Shown here: piece by piece, positions 1-8,074 of the stretch
Layout of the letters: each line of letters begins with the position of its first letter
How positions within the stretch are numbered: the first letter of the stretch is position 1
DNA from: Chloroflexota bacterium
GTDB taxonomy: Bacteria; Chloroflexota; Dehalococcoidia; UBA6926; JACQUM01
NCBI GenBank assembly: GCA_016210295.1
Contig: JACQUM010000018.1
Span: forward strand, 1 to 35,565
Direction of reading: 5' to 3'
Length of the DNA: 35,565 nt
Notes under the pieces: model-generated
What the model was told of the DNA's origin: nothing
Databases searched by the model: none
What the model saw: only the letters and a program-made list of their open reading frames with translations
Program-made: the position numbers and the translations under genes

Positions 1-109
1 AGACGACACCCAGGCGCTCGTCGTCCCAGTTGTCTGAGGAGCCGCCGCCGATGTGGCCGCCGCCGATGTGGCCGCCGCCGATGTGGCCGCCGCCGCCCCA
101 ACCCATCAT
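1..109 (-). CDS. 5' part of a Gly/His-rich repeat protein; continues beyond the left edge
   Basis: The reverse strand reads ATG ATG GGT TGG GGC GGC GGC GGC, then three copies of CAC ATC GGC GGC GGC. This translates as MMGWGGGG(HIGGG)x3 SSDNWDDERLGVV and stays open to base 1. The ATG at 109-107 overlaps the TGA (108-106) of the upstream ABC exporter as an ATGA junction. It is truncated, so it is absent from the ORF track. Confidence 0.4.
   Translation of the reverse strand, partial: MMGWGGGGHIGGGHIGGGHIGGGSSDNWDDERLGVV
41..96. repeat. Perfect 15-bp tandem repeat (gccgccgccgatgtg) x3 plus a partial fourth unit
   Basis: Units at 41-55, 56-70 and 71-85 are identical, followed by a degenerate unit. 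The repeat encodes the HIGGG repeats on the minus strand. Confidence 0.9.
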
Positions 110-1929
110 GGCTGGCCCCCGTCTGAAAGCCCTGTTGCTTGGACATGGACGTGCTCCTGCTGGCGGAGCTGGAGTTCGTAGATGCGCTGGTAGGGCCCGC
201 CCTGCCGGGCCAACTCCTCGTGGCGGCCGCGCTCGACGATGCGGCCCTCTTGGAGGACGAGGATCTGGTCGGCGCTCTTCACCGTCGCCAGCCGGTGGGC
301 GATGACGAAGGTTGTCCTGCCCTTGATAAGCTCCGTCAACGCCTGCTGGATCAGGTACTCCGTCTCGATGTCCACGCTGGAGAGGGAGTCGTCCAGGATG
401 AGGATGCGGGGGTTCCGGAGCAGGGTCCGGGCGATGGCCACCCGCTGTTTCTGGCCGCCGGAGAGGTTGATTCCCCGCTCCCCAACCCAGGTATCGTAGC
501 CTTCGGGAAGGCCCACGATGAAATCGTGGATGCATGCGGCCCTGGCCGCGGCGACGATCTCCTCCTGGGAGGCCTCGGGACGGCCGTAGGCGATGTTGTC
601 GCGGATGGTGGCGGAGAAGAGGAACACGTCCTGCTGGACGATGCCGATGGCCTGGCGCAGCGACGTCAGAGTCACCTCGCGGATGTCCGCTCCGTCGATG
701 GTGACGCGCCCAGCCGTGACGTCGTAGAAGCGAGGGAGGAGGTTGACCAGGGAAGTCTTTCCGCTCCCCGTGGCCCCCAGGAGGGCGATCACCTGCCCGG
801 GTGCTGCAGCCAGAGAAACGTTGTGGAGGACGGACATCTGGGAGCCGTAAGCAAAGGAGACTCCTTCGAAGCGGACGTTGCCCCGGACGTCGGTCAGGGG
901 GCGGGCGTCGGGCTTCTCCTTCACCTCCGGTACGGCGTCCATGACCTCGAAGATGCGCTCGCCGCTGGCGACGGCCTGAGAGATCTGGTTCCCCAGCCAC
1001 CCGACCATCCGGACCTGCATGGTGATGCTGAGGAGGTAGAGGAGGAACTTGGTCAGCTCTCCCGCCGTGAGGCGTCCGGCCAGGACCTCGCTCCCTCCGT
1101 ACCAGAGGATGGCCGCGGAGGCCAGGTTGACGGCCAGGGCCATGAATGCGCCGTTGCTCGCCTGGGTCTGGTTGGCCGCCAGGTTCCGGTCGTGGACCTC
1201 AGCGGCCCTGCGGGCGAAGCGCTCCGCCTCCAGGTCCTCCCGGGCGAAGGCCTTCACCACCTTGATCCCGGAGAGGTTCTCCTGGAGGACGGTGCTCATG
1301 GCGGCGATCCCCTCGCTCACCTTGAGCCACAGGGGCCGGAGGCGCCGGCTGGTGACGGTAGTCCGGTAGGCGATGAAAGGGAGGACGGCGAAGGTGATGA
1401 GGGCCAGCCGCCAATCGAGGGCGACCAGGATGGCGGTGACCATGGAGAGGAGGAGTCCGACCTGAAGGAAGCGAAGGACGGCGAAGCTGATGAGCATTCG
1501 CACCGCTTCGACGTCGGCGGTGGCGCGGGACATAAGCTGGGCGGTCTGCATGCGGTCGTAAAAGGAGAAGCTGAGGCGCTGGTACCGGTCGTAGAGGGCG
1601 TTGCGGAGATCGTAGGCGATGCGTTGCGAGACGGCCTGGCTGAGGTAGCTCTGGCCGAAGGAAGCAGCGCCCCGGAGAAGGCTGGCGACGATGACCGCCA
1701 GCGCCAGGAGGGCCAGGGCGCCGAGGCTCCCCCGGGCGAGGATGGCGTCCACGGCTTCGCCCAGGAACTGGGGAACGGCGAGAGTGAAGACGCTGGAGAC
1801 GACAAGGAAAAGGCAGGCGAGGGCCGTTGGGCCTTTGTAGGGCCCAAGGAAGCTCAGGAGTCGGAAGAAGAGGCGGACGTTGTAGGTGACTCCCGAGGGC
1901 TTCGCCGCGCTCACGGAGACTGTGGCCAC
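106..1929 (-). CDS. Fused ABC exporter (transmembrane domain plus ATPase, MsbA/MdlB-like type I exporter)
   Basis: The six-helix exporter N-terminal half begins with the usual FFRLLSFLGPYK. It carries Walker A GATGSGKTS, signature LSGGQKQRVAIAR and Walker B ILILDD. The ORF-track start at 2145 would overlap the upstream gene. GTG at 1929 (or 1914) gives a typical length of about 605 aa. Confidence 0.9.
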   Translation of the reverse strand: MATVSVSAAKPSGVTYNVRLFFRLLSFLGPYKGPTALACLFLVVSSVFTLAVPQFLGEAVDAILARGSLGALALLALAVIVASLLRGAASFGQSYLSQAVSQRIAYDLRNALYDRYQRLSFSFYDRMQTAQLMSRATADVEAVRMLISFAVLRFLQVGLLLSMVTAILVALDWRLALITFAVLPFIAYRTTVTSRRLRPLWLKVSEGIAAMSTVLQENLSGIKVVKAFAREDLEAERFARRAAEVHDRNLAANQTQASNGAFMALAVNLASAAILWYGGSEVLAGRLTAGELTKFLLYLLSITMQVRMVGWLGNQISQAVASGERIFEVMDAVPEVKEKPDARPLTDVRGNVRFEGVSFAYGSQMSVLHNVSLAAAPGQVIALLGATGSGKTSLVNLLPRFYDVTAGRVTIDGADIREVTLTSLRQAIGIVQQDVFLFSATIRDNIAYGRPEASQEEIVAAARAACIHDFIVGLPEGYDTWVGERGINLSGGQKQRVAIARTLLRNPRILILDDSLSSVDIETEYLIQQALTELIKGRTTFVIAHRLATVKSADQILVLQEGRIVERGRHEELARQGGPYQRIYELQLRQQEHVHVQATGLSDGGQP

Positions 1930-1936
1930 GCTAGGA

Positions 1937-1942
1937 ATTATA
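1937..1942 (-). promoter_or_regulatory. Candidate -10 box TATAAT, 7 nt upstream of the exporter GTG (possible leaderless mRNA)
   Basis: The minus strand reads GGTATAATTCCTAGCGTGGCC. There is no Shine-Dalgarno sequence between the box and the GTG, and no convincing -35. Confidence 0.3.
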
Positions 1943-2090
1943 CCGTACCTGTGCCATATGAGGGCTGCCCGACTGGCGCCTTGCTCGTGTCGCCTTTGGC
2001 GTCCGCCGATGGCGGACGAAGGGAAGGGGGTCAGGGGGATGGTCGATAAGGGTTTTTCATCACCCTGCCAGAGCCTCAGAAGCCCCAACC

Positions 2091-3266
2091 CTAGGGTCCC
2101 CCAAAGACGGTGCTCTCCGGATGGTAGCCGGACCAGCCATACCACTCGGAGATAAAGGAGGGGACGAACTTGAGGTCCTCTGTCGCCAAGGAGTCTGAGA
2201 CCGCGTGGCCCAGGAGATCCCAGCGGGAGCCCGTCTCCCCGTCCACCAACTCAACACCCTGGGATAGCGTATTATTGGAAAACTTCAAGACCCGGCCCCC
2301 CACCGCCCGCGAATAGGCCAGCCCTGTACGGGCGCGACGGTCGTACACCACCACAATGGGCTCTCCGGCCAGGGTGTCGTTGACCACGCCCAAGGCCTCC
2401 TCCAGCTTCTCCAGTGGATAGGCGCGGAACTGACCCCGCACCTCAACCCCCACCACCAGCGTGTTGGCGGGCAGCCGACTGTCGCCAAAGCGCGCCTCGT
2501 CCTGCTGGAAGATCCCGATTCTGACGGGACGATAGCGATCCTGGAAGGGAGTATTGGGGGAGAGGACCAGAGACGCGGGGTGCTGCTTTTTCCACTGGCC
2601 CCAGGTCATCTGGGGCAGCGGGATCATAGCCAAGCGGGTCCCCCCCAGGGGCCCGCGCAGCGCCAGACCATCCAGGTGCGTCCACATCGTGCCCGTCTCC
2701 CGGTCCACCATGGTCAGCACCCCCTGCAAGAGCCCAAACACCTCGAAGGTGAGGTGGCGGCCTCCCACCAGGGGGTCGAAGCCGACCCCCGAGCTGCACT
2801 TGATTCAATAGGTGATGAGCAATGGCCGACCGGCCGCTGCATCGTTGACGATGTGGTGGTAGCGCACCATCCGGACCGGATAGGCCCGGGCCTCCCCTGC
2901 CCACTCCAGGCCCAAGACCAGATCATCGTCGGGCAAGAAGGTGGCCTCTTGGGCCTTCAGGAAGGCCGGGTCATCCAGCGGCACAAAGGCGGTGGTCCGG
3001 CGATAGGTCACATCCTCTTCCCCGGTGGTGGGCGGGACAGGTGAGGGGGAGCTTGGCGCAGGAAGGGACGCTTCTGGGGGAGCCGAGCTTAGCTCTGTTG
3101 TTGGCAGTGGCGTGACCCCAGGCGTTGGACCGGGAGCCAGCGCCGCAGAGGGCTCAGCCTCGCGCGCGGGCTCGAGGTCGCCGCTAGAGGTGCAGCCCGA
3201 TAGCGAGACCAGCCCCAAGATGGCCACCAAGAGAAGCGCTCGCCGGAAGCGTAGACTGGGGGACAT
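2091..3266 (-). CDS. DUF3179-family lipoprotein, candidate selenoprotein with an in-frame UGA at 2807-2805
   Basis: ORFs 2805..3323 and 2091..2768 are in the same frame, separated only by one TGA. The joined sequence reads ...AYPVRMVRYHHIVNDAAAGRPLLITY-[UGA]-IKCSSGVGFDPLVGGRHLTFEVFGLL. This matches the DUF3179 core ...VTYCPLCGSG..., with the UGA at the first Cys. The start is ATG 3266 (RBS GGAGGCAAGGGG) and gives the signal peptide MSPSLRFRRALLLVAILGLVSLSGC with a lipobox. Confidence 0.6.
2771..2790 (-). promoter_or_regulatory. SECIS-like hairpin downstream of the in-frame UGA
   Basis: The minus strand reads GGGGGUCG-GCUU-CGACCCCC, a perfect 8-bp stem with a 4-nt loop that starts with G. The stem begins 14 nt after the UGA and the loop 22 nt after it. 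Confidence 0.5.
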
Positions 3267-3429
3267 CGATATCCCCTTGCCTCCATCCCGTCCTCTTTCT
3301 TCATGCCTTGCGGGCGTCATCACTGTTACCCTTGTCCACGCTCTTGTCCGGTGAACTCCAGTGCGGAAATGCCTTCTCGAGATTCCCCATTTCCACCGGT
3401 CCCGGCCTAGTTCAACGGGACAAAGGGTA

Positions 3430-4278
3430 TTAGAGCCTCTCGCTCATCTCCCGCAGGCGGGCGACACGCTCCTCCAGCGGCGGGTGAGTGGAGAAGAGGT
3501 TCGCCATCTGGCGGCCGGAGAGGGGGTTGACGATGAAGAGGTGCGCGGCCCCCTCGGGCACCTGCATCGGTTGGCGCTGGACGCCCCGCTGCAGCTTCTC
3601 CAGGGCCGAGGCAAGGGCCAGGGGCTTCCGGCTGAGAAGGGCGCCGGAAGAGTCCGCCTGGTACTCCCGCGCCCGGGAGATGGCAAGCTGCACCAGGAGG
3701 GCCGCCAGCGGCATGACGATGGCGACGACTAGGAGGCTGATGATGTTCCCCCCTCCATTCTCTCGGTCTCGTCCGCCGCCGAACATCATGCCGAAGCGGG
3801 CCATCATGGCGACCATGGAGATGGCCCCAGCGATGACCGCGACGACCGACATGATGAGGGTGTCGCGGTTCCCCACGTGGGAAAGCTCGTGGGCCATGAC
3901 CCCCTCCAGCTCCTCCCGAGTGAGCGTGTTCAGCAGACCGCGTGTGGCGGCGACGGCGGCGTGCTGCGGGTCCCGGCCCGTGGCGAAGGCGTTGGGGGAG
4001 TCGGAGTCGATGACGTAGACCTCGGGCATGGGCATCCCCGCCTGTCTGGTCAGCGTCTCGACGACGGAGTGGAGGACGGGCTCCTCCTCCGGCGTGACCT
4101 TGCGGGCGTGGTTCATGGCCAGGGCCAGCTTGTCGCTGAACCAGTAGGCGAAGAAGTTCATGGCGAGGGAGAGGACGAGGCCCATCACCAGCCCGGCCCT
4201 TCCGCCGAGCAGATAGCCGGTAGCCAGGAAGAGGAAGCCCAGCACGAGGAGCAGGGCGAGGGTCTTGATGCCGTTCAT
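3430..4278 (-). CDS. htpX: M48-family zinc metalloprotease HtpX
   Basis: It has the HELSHV (HExxH) motif, four transmembrane segments, and the C-terminal STHPPLEERV typical of HtpX. ATG 4278 with GGAGG 11 nt upstream gives MNGIKTLALLL. Confidence 0.9.
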   Translation of the reverse strand: MNGIKTLALLLVLGFLFLATGYLLGGRAGLVMGLVLSLAMNFFAYWFSDKLALAMNHARKVTPEEEPVLHSVVETLTRQAGMPMPEVYVIDSDSPNAFATGRDPQHAAVAATRGLLNTLTREELEGVMAHELSHVGNRDTLIMSVVAVIAGAISMVAMMARFGMMFGGGRDRENGGGNIISLLVVAIVMPLAALLVQLAISRAREYQADSSGALLSRKPLALASALEKLQRGVQRQPMQVPEGAAHLFIVNPLSGRQMANLFSTHPPLEERVARLREMSERL

Positions 4279-4408
4279 GCCGTTTTTGACCTCCGTCGGG
4301 AGACCCTCCTGGCCTCCTTCACTCTCCATTATACAAGCGCAGCCGCTGCCCAAGGGGCCACCTGGGCCCGTGCCTACGACTCGGACCGCTCAGTGGGAGC
4401 GTTGCCGA

Positions 4409-4436
4409 TTGACGGGGCTGGGCCGCCCCTTACAAT
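4409..4436 (+). promoter_or_regulatory. Sigma-70-type promoter for the tetR operon (TTGACG-16 nt-TACAAT)
   Basis: TTGACG lies at 4409-4414 and TACAAT at 4431-4436. The predicted transcription start (TSS), about 4443, falls inside the palindrome at 4441-4462. Confidence 0.55.
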
Positions 4437-4440
4437 GGAG

Positions 4441-4462
4441 ATAGACCGACCAGTCGGTCTAT
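4441..4462. promoter_or_regulatory. Perfect 10-bp-arm palindrome, probable TetR operator
   Basis: ATAGACCGAC-CA-GTCGGTCTAT lies 20 nt upstream of the tetR ATG and overlaps the predicted TSS. Confidence 0.6.
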
Positions 4463-4481
4463 TAGGTTTTGCCGGAGGGAG

Positions 4482-5117
4482 ATGGCTCGGAGCGTTCACG
4501 TGGTAACAGCGCCTGCTCAGGGCAAGGAAGCCACCCGAGAGCGCATCCTGGACGCGGCCACCGAGGTCTTCGCCGAGAAGGGCTACCACGGCGCCGCTGT
4601 AGACGACATCGTCCGGCTCTCCGGCACCTCCAAGGGCGCCATCTACTTCCACTTTCCCAGCAAGAGGGAGATATTCTTTGCCCTCGTCGGTCGCCTCGCC
4701 GGTCTCCTGGCCTCCTCCACCGAAGAGGCCATCGCTTCCCGCCATCGAGGGGTGGAGAGGGTGGACGCCGCGCTCCAAGCCGTCTTTCGCATCTTCTCGA
4801 AGCATCGCCGTTTGGCCAAGATCCTCCTTGTGGGAGGCGTCGGCCTCGGCCCCGTCTTCGACGAGCGCCTGCTTGCCCTTCACGCTCGCTTCGCTCAGAC
4901 GATCCAAAGTCGTCTGAACGCCGCCGTTGGCGACGGCTCCCTTCCGCCGATAGACACGGAGATGGTGGCCTACGCCTGGCTGGGAGCCGTCAACGAGGTC
5001 ATCGTCCGCTGGCTCTACACGGGCCAGCCTGACCCTCTGGAGAGGGCGCTGCCTGCTCTGCGCTCCATGCTTCTTCGCAGCGTTGGCGCAACCGTGAGGG
5101 AGGAGGCCCCGGCCTGA
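4482..5117 (+). CDS. TetR/AcrR family transcriptional regulator
   Basis: The N-terminal helix-turn-helix reads RERILDAATEVFAEKGYHGAAVDDIVRLSGTSKGAIYFHFPSKREIF. An RBS GGAGGG lies upstream. Confidence 0.9.
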   Translation: MARSVHVVTAPAQGKEATRERILDAATEVFAEKGYHGAAVDDIVRLSGTSKGAIYFHFPSKREIFFALVGRLAGLLASSTEEAIASRHRGVERVDAALQAVFRIFSKHRRLAKILLVGGVGLGPVFDERLLALHARFAQTIQSRLNAAVGDGSLPPIDTEMVAYAWLGAVNEVIVRWLYTGQPDPLERALPALRSMLLRSVGATVREEAPA

Positions 5118-6577
5118 TGGCCCGCTCTTATCGCGACCTCCGCGAGTTCGTCGCTTTCCTGGAGTCCCGGGGAGAGCTCACGCGCATCAAGGCCGCGGTC
5201 TCCTGGGACCTGGAGATCTCCCAGATCTGCGATCGGGTGGTGAAGCAGAGCGGCCCTGCGCTCCTCTTCGAGAACGTTTCGGGTTACAAGACCCCCGTCC
5301 TCATCAACACCTTCGGCACGGCGCGGCGCATGGCCTGGGCCCTGGGCGTGGACGACCTGGACGAGCTTGGGGAGCGGGTGCGGAAGCTCCTCCACATGGT
5401 CCAAGGTCCGCCCCAGGGGCTGTTGAACAAGCTCCGCGCCCTCGCCGACCTGGCGAAGATGGCCCGCATCGCCCCGCAGCGGGTAGACGACGCCCCCTGT
5501 CAGGAGGTCGTTCTGAAGGGGGACGAGGTCGACCTGTTCAAGCTCCCCATCATCAAGTGCTGGCCCCAGGACGCCGGACGTTACATCACCCTCCCCCTCG
5601 TCATCACGCGCGACCCGGAGTCGGGCGTCTACAACCTGGGCATGTACCGGATGCAGGTCTTCGACAAGAGCACGACGGGGATGCACTGGCAGACCCACAA
5701 GGTGGGGACCCACCACCAGCGCCTCACCGAGGAGAAGGGAATGGAGCGCATGGAGGTGGCGGTGGCCTTGGGCGGCGACCCGGCCACTGTCTGGACGGGC
5801 TCCGCTCCCCTCCCCCCTGACGTGAGCGAGTACCTGGTGGCGGGCTTCCTTCGAGAAAGGCCTGTCGAGGTGGTGAAGGGCGTCACCGTGGACTTGGAGG
5901 TCCCCGCCCAGGCGGAGATCGTCCTGGAGGGGTACGTGGACGTGAAGGAGCGGCGAGTGGAGGGGCCCTTCGGCGACCACACGGGCTACTACTCGCTGGC
6001 GGAGGAGTACCCCGTCTTCCACGTCACCGCCGTGACGCACCGCCGCGACGCCATCTACCCCACTATCATCGTGGGCCGGCCTCCTCAGGAGGACTACTGG
6101 ATGGGCAAGGCGACGGAGCGCCTCTTCCTGCCCATCATCCAGATGGTCGTTCCGGAGGTGGCGGACATGAACATGCCCGCCGAGGGCGTGTTCCACAACC
6201 TGGTCGTCGTCTCTATCAAGAAGGAGTTTCCCGGCCACGCCCAGAAGGTGGCCCACGCCCTGTGGGGGCTGGGCCTGATGATGCTGGCCAAGGCCATCGT
6301 CGTGGTGGACCACAACGTCAACGTCCACGATCTCTCCGAGGTGGCCTGGCGGGTGACCAACAACATCGACGCCCGCCGGGACGTCTTCTTCGCCGAGGGG
6401 CCGGTGGACGACCTGGACCACGCGGGCTCGGCGCCCCGTTTCGCCAGCAAGCTGGGCATCGATGCGACGCGGAAGGGCAGGGGAGAGTTGGGCGGGCGGG
6501 AGTGGCCGCCGGACATCGTCATGGCGCCGGAGATGGTGGCGCTGGTGGAGCGCCGCTGGAAGGAGTACGGGCTGTGA
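5117..6577 (+). CDS. ubiD: UbiD-family (prenyl-FMN-dependent) aromatic decarboxylase
   Basis: The N-terminus is typical of UbiD (YRDLREFVAFLESRGELTRIK...LLFENV.GY), and the protein is 486 aa. Its ATG shares a base with the tetR TGA. Confidence 0.9.
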   Translation: MARSYRDLREFVAFLESRGELTRIKAAVSWDLEISQICDRVVKQSGPALLFENVSGYKTPVLINTFGTARRMAWALGVDDLDELGERVRKLLHMVQGPPQGLLNKLRALADLAKMARIAPQRVDDAPCQEVVLKGDEVDLFKLPIIKCWPQDAGRYITLPLVITRDPESGVYNLGMYRMQVFDKSTTGMHWQTHKVGTHHQRLTEEKGMERMEVAVALGGDPATVWTGSAPLPPDVSEYLVAGFLRERPVEVVKGVTVDLEVPAQAEIVLEGYVDVKERRVEGPFGDHTGYYSLAEEYPVFHVTAVTHRRDAIYPTIIVGRPPQEDYWMGKATERLFLPIIQMVVPEVADMNMPAEGVFHNLVVVSIKKEFPGHAQKVAHALWGLGLMMLAKAIVVVDHNVNVHDLSEVAWRVTNNIDARRDVFFAEGPVDDLDHAGSAPRFASKLGIDATRKGRGELGGREWPPDIVMAPEMVALVERRWKEYGL

Positions 6578-7464
6578 GCGCCTCCGCGTCTTCTGCGGTT
6601 CGGGGGGGCCCCCTGGGCCGCATCGGCCTTCTGCTCGACGCCATCCGCTTTGAGCACACCGTCTTCGCGCTGCCCTTCGCCTATCTGGGCATGGTCCTCG
6701 CCGCCCGGGGCCTCCCCACCTGGTGGCAGTTCCTGTGGATCACCGTGGCGATGGTGGGGGCCCGGACCTTGGCCATGTCCATGAACCGCCTCATCGACTG
6801 GCACCAGGACGCCCTCAACCCACGCACCGCCAACCGCGCCCTCCCGCGTGGCCTGCTGAAGCCCATCGAGATGGGGGCCCTGGCCGCCGGGAGCGTGGCG
6901 GTCTTCCTCTTCGCCGCCGCGATGCTCAACACCCTGGCCCTGGTGCTGGCGCCCTTCGCCGCCGCCTACGTTGTCCTCTACTCCTACACCAAGCGCTTCA
7001 CCTGGACCAGCCACTTCTGGCTGGGCTGGGCGGACGGCATCGCCCCGGCGGGAGGGTGGATCGGGGTGGCGGGAAGCCTCTCCTGGGAGGCGGTCCTCCT
7101 TGCTTTCGCCGTGGCGACCTGGGTGGCGGGCTTCGACCTCATCTACGCCTGTATGGACCGGGAGTTCGACATCGCCCACGGTATTCACTCCATCGCGGTG
7201 AAATGGGGGACCGCCGCCGCTCTTCGCTGGTCGAAGGCGATGCACCTCCTCACCTCGGCCTCCCTGCTGGCCGTGGGGCCCTGGCTGGGGCTGGGGTGGC
7301 CCTACTATATCGGCTGGGCTCTGGCGACGGGCCTCCTCGTGTACGAGCAGCGGCTGGTCAGTCCCGGCGATCTCTCCAAGGTGAACGTGGCCTTCTTCAA
7401 CGTGAACGGCTACATCGCGATAATCGTCTTTAGCTTCACCTTTGGTGCGGTATTCGTTCGATAG
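6574..7464 (+). CDS. ubiA: UbiA-family aromatic polyprenyltransferase (4-hydroxybenzoate-type or MqnP-like)
   Basis: It has NRLIDWHQD (NxxxDxxxD) and DREFD motifs and multiple transmembrane helices. GTG 6574 overlaps the ubiD TGA as GTGA. The ORF-track extension back to 6262 lies inside ubiD. Confidence 0.85.
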   Translation: MSASASSAVRGGPLGRIGLLLDAIRFEHTVFALPFAYLGMVLAARGLPTWWQFLWITVAMVGARTLAMSMNRLIDWHQDALNPRTANRALPRGLLKPIEMGALAAGSVAVFLFAAAMLNTLALVLAPFAAAYVVLYSYTKRFTWTSHFWLGWADGIAPAGGWIGVAGSLSWEAVLLAFAVATWVAGFDLIYACMDREFDIAHGIHSIAVKWGTAAALRWSKAMHLLTSASLLAVGPWLGLGWPYYIGWALATGLLVYEQRLVSPGDLSKVNVAFFNVNGYIAIIVFSFTFGAVFVR

Positions 7465-7474
7465 GAGGTACTGA

Positions 7475-8074
7475 ATGGACCCGGTCGTCGTCGGTATCTC
7501 GGGGGGGAGCGGGGCGGTGCTTGCCAAGCTAGCCATTGACGAACTCATGGCTCGCAACATACCCGTGTGGGCTACCTGCTCCAGCGCGGGCCGTCAGGTC
7601 TGGCACCATGAGATGGGAGAGCCCTTCTCGCGCGCCCTGTCCGAGTGGGGAGACAACCCCCTGTTCACCTATTACAACATCAACGACATCGGCGCGCCCC
7701 TGGCCAGCGGCAGCGCGCCCACGACGGGGATGCTCGTCATGCCCTGCAGCATGGCGACGGTGGCCGCCATCGCCCACGGCCTGGCCGACAACCTCCTCCG
7801 CCGCGCCGCCGACGTCACGTTGAAGGAGCGGCGCCGCCTGATCATCGTACCGCGGGAGACCCCGTTCTCTTCCATACACCTGGAGAACCTGTTGAAGCTC
7901 TCCCAGGCGGGGGTCGTGGTCCTCCCGCCGGCACCGGCCTTCTACCTGCGCCCCAAGTCGGTGGAAGACATCGCCCGCTACATCGCCGCGAAGGCCCTCT
8001 CCGCCCTTGGCCTGCCGGGAACCCTGTCCCAAGAATTTCGCTATCAGGGAAGAGAAGAAAGGAGCAGTCCATGA
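7475..8074 (+). CDS. ubiX: UbiX flavin prenyltransferase
   Basis: It has VVGISGGSG, MLVMPCSMATVAAIAHGLADNLLRRAADVTLKERRRLIIVPRETP, and an AGGAGG RBS. Confidence 0.9.
   Translation: MDPVVVGISGGSGAVLAKLAIDELMARNIPVWATCSSAGRQVWHHEMGEPFSRALSEWGDNPLFTYYNINDIGAPLASGSAPTTGMLVMPCSMATVAAIAHGLADNLLRRAADVTLKERRRLIIVPRETPFSSIHLENLLKLSQAGVVVLPPAPAFYLRPKSVEDIARYIAAKALSALGLPGTLSQEFRYQGREERSSP

Noticed and set aside
41-96. The 15-bp tandem repeats as a possible CRISPR-like array.
   Set aside because: The units are contiguous with no spacers and far too short. They are in frame within a coding sequence.
30-305. ORF with a PPPMW repeat (MSEEPPPMWPPPMWPPPMW...).
   Set aside because: It is the complement of the HIGGG repeat and overlaps the 3' end of the ABC exporter. 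It has no RBS, and the opposite-strand reading is coupled to the exporter stop codon.
139-2049. Long ORFs antisense to real genes (139..2049 +, 5015..6421 -, 6094..7560 -, 8044..8826 -, 17633..18394 -, 20256..21338 -, 24695..25690 -, 25291..26679 -, 27371..28684 -, 34598..35353 -).
   Set aside because: Each lies opposite a gene with clear family motifs. Their translations are Arg/Gly/Pro/Ala-rich and low in complexity with no motifs. This is the usual shadow-ORF artefact of high-GC DNA.
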